Positions 48,164 to 52,388 of a stretch of DNA of 52,388 nucleotides are shown here, piece by piece. Origin of the DNA: Thermoanaerobaculia bacterium (lineage in GTDB: Bacteria > Acidobacteriota > Thermoanaerobaculia > Multivoradales > Multivoraceae). Position numbers and translations under genes: made by a program. The DNA is taken from the NCBI GenBank assembly GCA_035544635.1, contig DATKDQ010000222.1, positions 1 to 52,388 of the forward strand, in the 5' to 3' direction. Each line of letters opens with the position of its first letter. Position 1 is the first letter of the stretch. A model generated the notes under the pieces. The model worked only from the letters and a program-made list of their open reading frames with translations. It was not told the DNA's origin and did not search any database.

Positions 48164-49621
48164 ATGGACGCAGCGCGGCCTAGAACTCTCTTCGACAAGG
48201 TCTGGGACAGCCACGTCGTCCCCGGGACCGGGGGCGAGGGTCTGGGTGATGGGGGTTCGGGGCGGGAGGGCCTGCCAGCCGTCCTCTACGTCGACCTCCA
48301 TCTGGTGCACGAAGTCACCTCACCGCAGGCGTTCGCCGAGCTGCGCCGCCGGGGGCTGCGGGTGCGGCGCCCGTCCCAGACGCTCGCCACCATGGATCAC
48401 TCGACGCCGACCGATCCCTCGATCGGTGCCGCGCGCTTGCGGATGATCGATCCGCAGGGGGCGGCGCAGCTCGAGCAGCTCGAGCGCAACTGCCGTGAGC
48501 ACGGCATCACGCTGTTCGCGATGGACAGCCCGGAGCGCGGCATCGTGCACGTGATCGGTCCCGAGCAGGGCCTCACGCAGCCGGGGATGACGGTCGTCTG
48601 CGGTGACAGCCACACCTCGACCCACGGCGCCTTCGGCGCGCTCGCGTTCGGCATCGGCACCAGCGAGGTGGCCCACGTGCTCGCCACGCAGTGCCTGCTC
48701 CAGCACCGGCCCAAGACGTTCGAGATCCGTGTCGACGGGGCGCTCGGTCCGGCGGTCACCGCCAAGGACCTCATCCTTTACGTGATCTCCACGCTCGGCG
48801 TCGACGGTGGGACCGGGCACGTTTTCGAGTACCGCGGCTCGGCGATCCGCGGGCTCGACATGGACGGCCGCATGACGATCTGCAACATGTCGATCGAGGG
48901 CGGCGCGCGCGCGGGCATGATCGCGCCCGACGAGACCACGTTCGCGTATCTCCGAGGGCGACCGAGGGCACCGCGGGGCGAAGCGTGGGAGCGGGCTCTC
49001 GATGCCTGGCGGCGTCTGCCGACCGACGACGGCGCGCCGTTCGACCGCACGGTCACGATCGACGCTGCGCAGATCCAGCCGATGGTCACGTTCGGCACCA
49101 ACCCAGGTATGGGAATCCCGGTGCGCGGAACGGTTCCGGGGGAGGAGGGGGTGCCCGAAGGCCAGCGCCGCACATTCGCCGAGGCGCTCGCCTACATGGA
49201 TCTCGATCCGGGGCGGCCGCTCCTCGGCCACAAGATCGACGTCGTGTTCGTGGGGAGCTGCACCAACTCGCGGATCTCCGACCTGCGCGCGGCGGCTTCG
49301 GTGCTGCGCGGCCGGCGGGTGGCGAGCGGGGTGCGCATGCTGGTCGTCCCGGGCTCGCACCAGGTGAAGCGGCTGGCGGAGGAGGAGCACCTGGACGAGG
49401 TGTTCCGCGCCGCCGGAGCGGAGTGGCGCGAGGCCGGCTGCTCGATGTGCCTGGCGATGAACGGGGACCAGCTCGAGCCCGGCCAGTACGCGGTGTCGAC
49501 CTCGAACCGCAACTTCGAGGGGCGCCAGGGCCCGGGTGGGCGCACGTTCCTGGCCAGCCCGTTGACCGCAGCGGCTTCGGCGGTGCGGGGCGAGATCACC
49601 GACGTGCGGGAGATGCTGTGA
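48164..49621 (+). CDS. leuC: 3-isopropylmalate dehydratase large subunit
   Basis: ATG 48164, with GGGAGG at 48150-48155. [11 protein letters not shown]...[13 protein letters not shown], and the Fe-S Cys context VGSCTNSR / GCSMCL. The track start at 48095 reads through the repeat array and was rejected. Confidence 0.93.
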   Translation: MDAARPRTLFDKVWDSHVVPGTGGEGLGDGGSGREGLPAVLYVDLHLVHEVTSPQAFAELRRRGLRVRRPSQTLATMDHSTPTDPSIGAARLRMIDPQGAAQLEQLERNCREHGITLFAMDSPERGIVHVIGPEQGLTQPGMTVVCGDSHTSTHGAFGALAFGIGTSEVAHVLATQCLLQHRPKTFEIRVDGALGPAVTAKDLILYVISTLGVDGGTGHVFEYRGSAIRGLDMDGRMTICNMSIEGGARAGMIAPDETTFAYLRGRPRAPRGEAWERALDAWRRLPTDDGAPFDRTVTIDAAQIQPMVTFGTNPGMGIPVRGTVPGEEGVPEGQRRTFAEALAYMDLDPGRPLLGHKIDVVFVGSCTNSRISDLRAAASVLRGRRVASGVRMLVVPGSHQVKRLAEEEHLDEVFRAAGAEWREAGCSMCLAMNGDQLEPGQYAVSTSNRNFEGRQGPGGRTFLASPLTAAASAVRGEITDVREML

Positions 49622-50235
49622 TGGACAGCCCCCGCTTCACCACACTGGCGAGCCGCGTCGCGCCGCTCCCGATCGACAACGTCGACACCGACCGGATCAT
49701 CCCGGCGCGCTACCTCAAGGTCACTGACAAGAACGGGCTGGGCGAGGGGCTCTTCGCGGACTGGCGGCGGGGCGCCGACGGCAGTCCCGACCCCGACTTC
49801 GCGCTCAACCGTCCCGAGCTCCGCGGCGCGCGCATCCTCCTGGCCGGAGACAACTTCGGCTGCGGCAGCTCGCGCGAGCACGCCGCCTGGGCGCTGCTCG
49901 GCGCCGGCTTCCAGGCGGTGCTGTCGACTCGGTTCGCCGACATCTTCCGCAACAATTCGCTGAAGAACGGCCTCCTGGTGGTCGAGATCCCGGTCGGGAC
50001 CTGGCGTGAGATCCTCGCTCTAGTCGAGCGCGACCCCGCGATCGAGATCGAGATCGACCTGTCGGCGCAGCGCGTCTTACTGCCAGACGGAGTGGACGTG
50101 TCGTTCACGATCGACCCGTTCTCCAAGCACTGCCTGCTCAACGGCGTCGACCAGCTCGGGTTCCTGCTCGAGCAGCTCCCGGCGGTCGAGCGCTTCGAGG
50201 CGGTGCGTCCCGCGCGAATCGACTCGCGTGCGTAG
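49621..50235 (+). CDS. leuD: 3-isopropylmalate dehydratase small subunit
   Basis: ATG 49621 overlaps the last base of the leuC stop. IDNVDTDRIIPARYLK...NFGCGSSREHA. Confidence 0.94.
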   Translation: MDSPRFTTLASRVAPLPIDNVDTDRIIPARYLKVTDKNGLGEGLFADWRRGADGSPDPDFALNRPELRGARILLAGDNFGCGSSREHAAWALLGAGFQAVLSTRFADIFRNNSLKNGLLVVEIPVGTWREILALVERDPAIEIEIDLSAQRVLLPDGVDVSFTIDPFSKHCLLNGVDQLGFLLEQLPAVERFEAVRPARIDSRA

Positions 50236-51319
50236 GCGCATCGTCCTGCTGCCGGGAGACGGCGTCGGCCCCGAGGTGATCGCCGAGGGTCGGCGCGTGC
50301 TCGAGGCGGTCGCCTCGAGCCGCGGCTTCGGGCTCGACTTCGTGGAGGCAGCCGTAGGTGGGAACGCGATCGATCTCGAGGGCGTCGCGCTGCCGCCCTC
50401 GACGCTCGCCGAGTGCGAGCGCGCCAGCGCTCTCTTCCTGGGCGCCGTCGGCGGGCCAAAGTGGTCCGATCCGACGGCTCCGGTGCGCCCCGAGGACGGG
50501 CTCTTGGCGCTGCGCAAGCGGTTCGAGCTGTTCGCGAACCTGCGCCCCATCCCGGTCTATCGCAGCCTCGTTCACCTCGCGCCGATGCGGGCCGAGCTGC
50601 TCGCCGGCGTCGACCTCCTGTTCGTGCGCGAGCTCACCGGCGACGTCTACTTCGGCCCACGTCAGGAGCAGGGCAGCGGATCGAGCGCGTACGACACCAT
50701 GGTCTATAGCGTGCCCGAGGTGGAGCGCATCGCGCGCGTCGCGTTCGAAGCTGCGCGCGGGCGGCGGCGCAAGCTGACCTCGGTCGACAAGGCGAACGTG
50801 CTCGCCTCGATGCGGCTGTGGCGGCGGACCGTGGAGCGGGTGGCGCGCGACTACCCCGACGTCGAGCTCGAGCACGCACTGGTCGACTCCTGCGCCATGC
50901 ACCTGGTGCGCCGGCCCGCCTCGTTCGACGTCATCCTCGCCGGCAACATGTTCGGGGACATCCTCTCCGACGAGGCCTCGGTCCTGTCGGGATCGCTCGG
51001 CATGCTGCCCTCCGCCTCGCTCGGCTCCGGCCGCTTCGGCCTCTACGAGCCCGTGCACGGCTCGGCGCCCGACATCGCGGGACGCGGCATCGCCAACCCG
51101 ATTGGCGCGGTGCTGTCGGCGGCCATGCTCCTCCGCTTCAGCCTGGGCCGCGCGGACGACGCGGCGGCGGTCGAACGCTCGGTCGAGCGCGCGCTGGACG
51201 GCGGCGCGGTGACCGCCGATCTGGTCGCCTCGGGCGCCAAGCACCTCTCCACGCGTGCCATGGGCGACGCGATCCTGGATCGCCTGAGCGAGGAGCTCGC
51301 AGCCAAGGCCGCCGTGTAG
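50228..51319 (+). CDS. leuB: 3-isopropylmalate dehydrogenase
   Basis: The GTG start gives RRIVLLPGDGVGPEV, followed by NLRP... and DKANVL...NMFGDILSDEAS. 363 aa. Confidence 0.95.
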   Translation: MRRRIVLLPGDGVGPEVIAEGRRVLEAVASSRGFGLDFVEAAVGGNAIDLEGVALPPSTLAECERASALFLGAVGGPKWSDPTAPVRPEDGLLALRKRFELFANLRPIPVYRSLVHLAPMRAELLAGVDLLFVRELTGDVYFGPRQEQGSGSSAYDTMVYSVPEVERIARVAFEAARGRRRKLTSVDKANVLASMRLWRRTVERVARDYPDVELEHALVDSCAMHLVRRPASFDVILAGNMFGDILSDEASVLSGSLGMLPSASLGSGRFGLYEPVHGSAPDIAGRGIANPIGAVLSAAMLLRFSLGRADDAAAVERSVERALDGGAVTADLVASGAKHLSTRAMGDAILDRLSEELAAKAAV

Positions 51320-51322
51320 CGG

Positions 51323-51356
51323 CCGGGCTCGTTTCAGTCGCGACCGGGCTCGTTTC
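51323..51356 (+). repeat. 13-nt direct repeat downstream of leuB
   Basis: CCGGGCTCGTTTC occurs at 51323-51335 and at 51344-51356. A 7-bp hairpin overlaps the second copy at 51351-51370 (CGTTTCC-ggcact-GGAAGCG). Confidence 0.6.
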
Positions 51357-51399
51357 CGGCACTGGAAGCGACGCGCCGGACGCCGCACTCACCGCTCGC

Positions 51400-52388
51400 T
51401 CAGAACCTGAGCAGGATGTTGTCCGCTCCGTGCTCGGCGATGAGTGTGCGGAAGCGCAGGACGATCTGGTCCCACCGCGCGAACAGGGCGTCGAGCTCGA
51501 TCGGTCTGAGGAACGGCTGCAGCATCGTCCTCACCCGCGCCCGCTCGACGCTGCGCAGCGCCGACCACAGCTCGGGCGTGATGCGCCGAAGCTCTTCGAT
51601 GCGCTCGTCGCCGTATTCGGTCTGGAACCCGCGGGTGTGATCGATCAGCCAGATGGTCCAGTGACGATCGATCAGCTCATTGCCGGTGTTGCGGTCGTGG
51701 TTGTTGATGAGCGCGTCGAAGACCTGCCTCTCGACCTGCTGGCGCGCCCAGCTCAGCGCGTCGGGAGGGTGCAGTTTCTGCTCCAGGCGTCGGGCCTCCG
51801 TCATCGCCTGCTCGACCCAGGCCTGCAGCGAGCCCTGCTTGCCGCGATAGACGCGGGGCACTGCCGGCGGGATCCGGTCGAGGCCGAGGGTGCGCCCGAG
51901 CTCGTAGGCAGCGGGTTCGAACTGGTAGCTGTCACGGAAGTTGCGGTAGAACCGCCCCTCCGGCCCCTGTTTGGCGCGCTCGTCGACCGCCACCGTGCGG
52001 AAGACGGCGTGCGCGCGAACCCCGTCTCGCTCGAGCACGACCTTGAGCGGACGGTTGAGGCCCTGGTCGATGGTCTCGTGCGACACGATCTCCGCCGTGC
52101 GCAGGAAGTCCTCGAGCTCCTCGGGGCCGCGGAACGGCAGTGGCTCGCCCTCCGGTCCGGGCCACCTCCACGGCGGCATGCCCGGGGCGGGCAGCGCCGT
52201 TTCGGCGATCGTGACGCCTTCCACGGCGAGCTCGGCCGTCCGTGAGAACGTCCACAGCTCCTCGCGCCGATCGGCGTAGATGGCGGTGAAGACGCCGTCC
52301 ACGATCTCGAGCGCGGAAGGCTTGCCGCCATAAACCTCGGAGAGCATCCCGGTGTCGATCAGGAACGCGCGGCCGCCGAAGCGGACCC
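51400..52388 (-). CDS. Atypical (PI3/PI4-kinase-like) kinase-fold hypothetical protein, probably 5'-partial
   Basis: The ORF has a first Met at 52347, but the frame stays open to the window edge (…VRFGGRAFLIDTG upstream). It contains NNHDRNTGN and WLIDHTRGF, which resemble a kinase catalytic loop and a metal-binding motif. Confidence 0.6.
   Translation of the reverse strand, partial: VRFGGRAFLIDTGMLSEVYGGKPSALEIVDGVFTAIYADRREELWTFSRTAELAVEGVTIAETALPAPGMPPWRWPGPEGEPLPFRGPEELEDFLRTAEIVSHETIDQGLNRPLKVVLERDGVRAHAVFRTVAVDERAKQGPEGRFYRNFRDSYQFEPAAYELGRTLGLDRIPPAVPRVYRGKQGSLQAWVEQAMTEARRLEQKLHPPDALSWARQQVERQVFDALINNHDRNTGNELIDRHWTIWLIDHTRGFQTEYGDERIEELRRITPELWSALRSVERARVRTMLQPFLRPIELDALFARWDQIVLRFRTLIAEHGADNILLRF

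Overview
This is a 52.4 kb window of a high-GC (roughly 68-70% by eye) bacterial chromosome, almost entirely housekeeping and densely coding. No rRNA, tRNA, CRISPR array, transposase or integrase is visible. Phylum was not assigned.

Gene content, left to right:
- 1-14.9 kb (+): 3' end of tuf fused directly to an S10-spc-alpha ribosomal-protein superoperon, running rpsJ through rplQ and including secY, adk, map, infA, rpmJ and rpoA. It lacks rpsN (S14) and rpsD (S4) at their usual positions.
- 14.9-19.8 kb (-): an EF-G paralog and a pair of M16 zinc peptidases.
- 19.9-25.9 kb (+): lexA, a PilT-family ATPase with a long coiled-coil tail, gatC, gatA and a cell-wall amidase.
- 26.0-27.3 kb (+): an ECF sigma factor and a zf-HC2 anti-sigma factor.
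- 27.3-29.4 kb (-): a 706-aa protein with a GreA/GreB module at its C-terminus.
- 29.5-36.9 kb (+): RodZ-like protein, helical-repeat protein, J-domain/TPR protein, PP2C phosphatase, geranylgeranyl-reductase-like flavoprotein and gcvP.
- 36.9-41.5 kb (-): cimA and a SWIM/SNF2 helicase.
- 41.6-51.3 kb (+): a nine-gene branched-chain amino acid operon, ilvE-ilvB-ilvN-ilvC-leuA-leuC-leuD-leuB.
- 51.4 kb to the right edge (-): a partial atypical-kinase-like gene.

Most interesting non-obvious signals:
1. A candidate Leu/Val/Ile leader-peptide attenuator upstream of ilvE. It has a promoter, a small ORF with an L/V/I-rich tail, and a terminator whose 3' arm is duplicated inside the ORF.
2. A dispersed family of intergenic hairpin elements: GCGCCG-NGGA-CGGCGC, with or without a 22-nt palindrome GGACATGCTGGATAGCATGTCC. 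They sit in spacers of the ribosomal and ilv-leu operons and form a tandem array that overlaps the leuA stop codon.
3. The Gre-module fusion protein, which also carries a CarD/TRCF-like Tudor segment.
4. A gene whose coding signal extends about 220 nt upstream of any ATG/GTG/TTG, implying a CTG start.

All functional interpretations are inferences from reading the sequence and translations. No database search was run.
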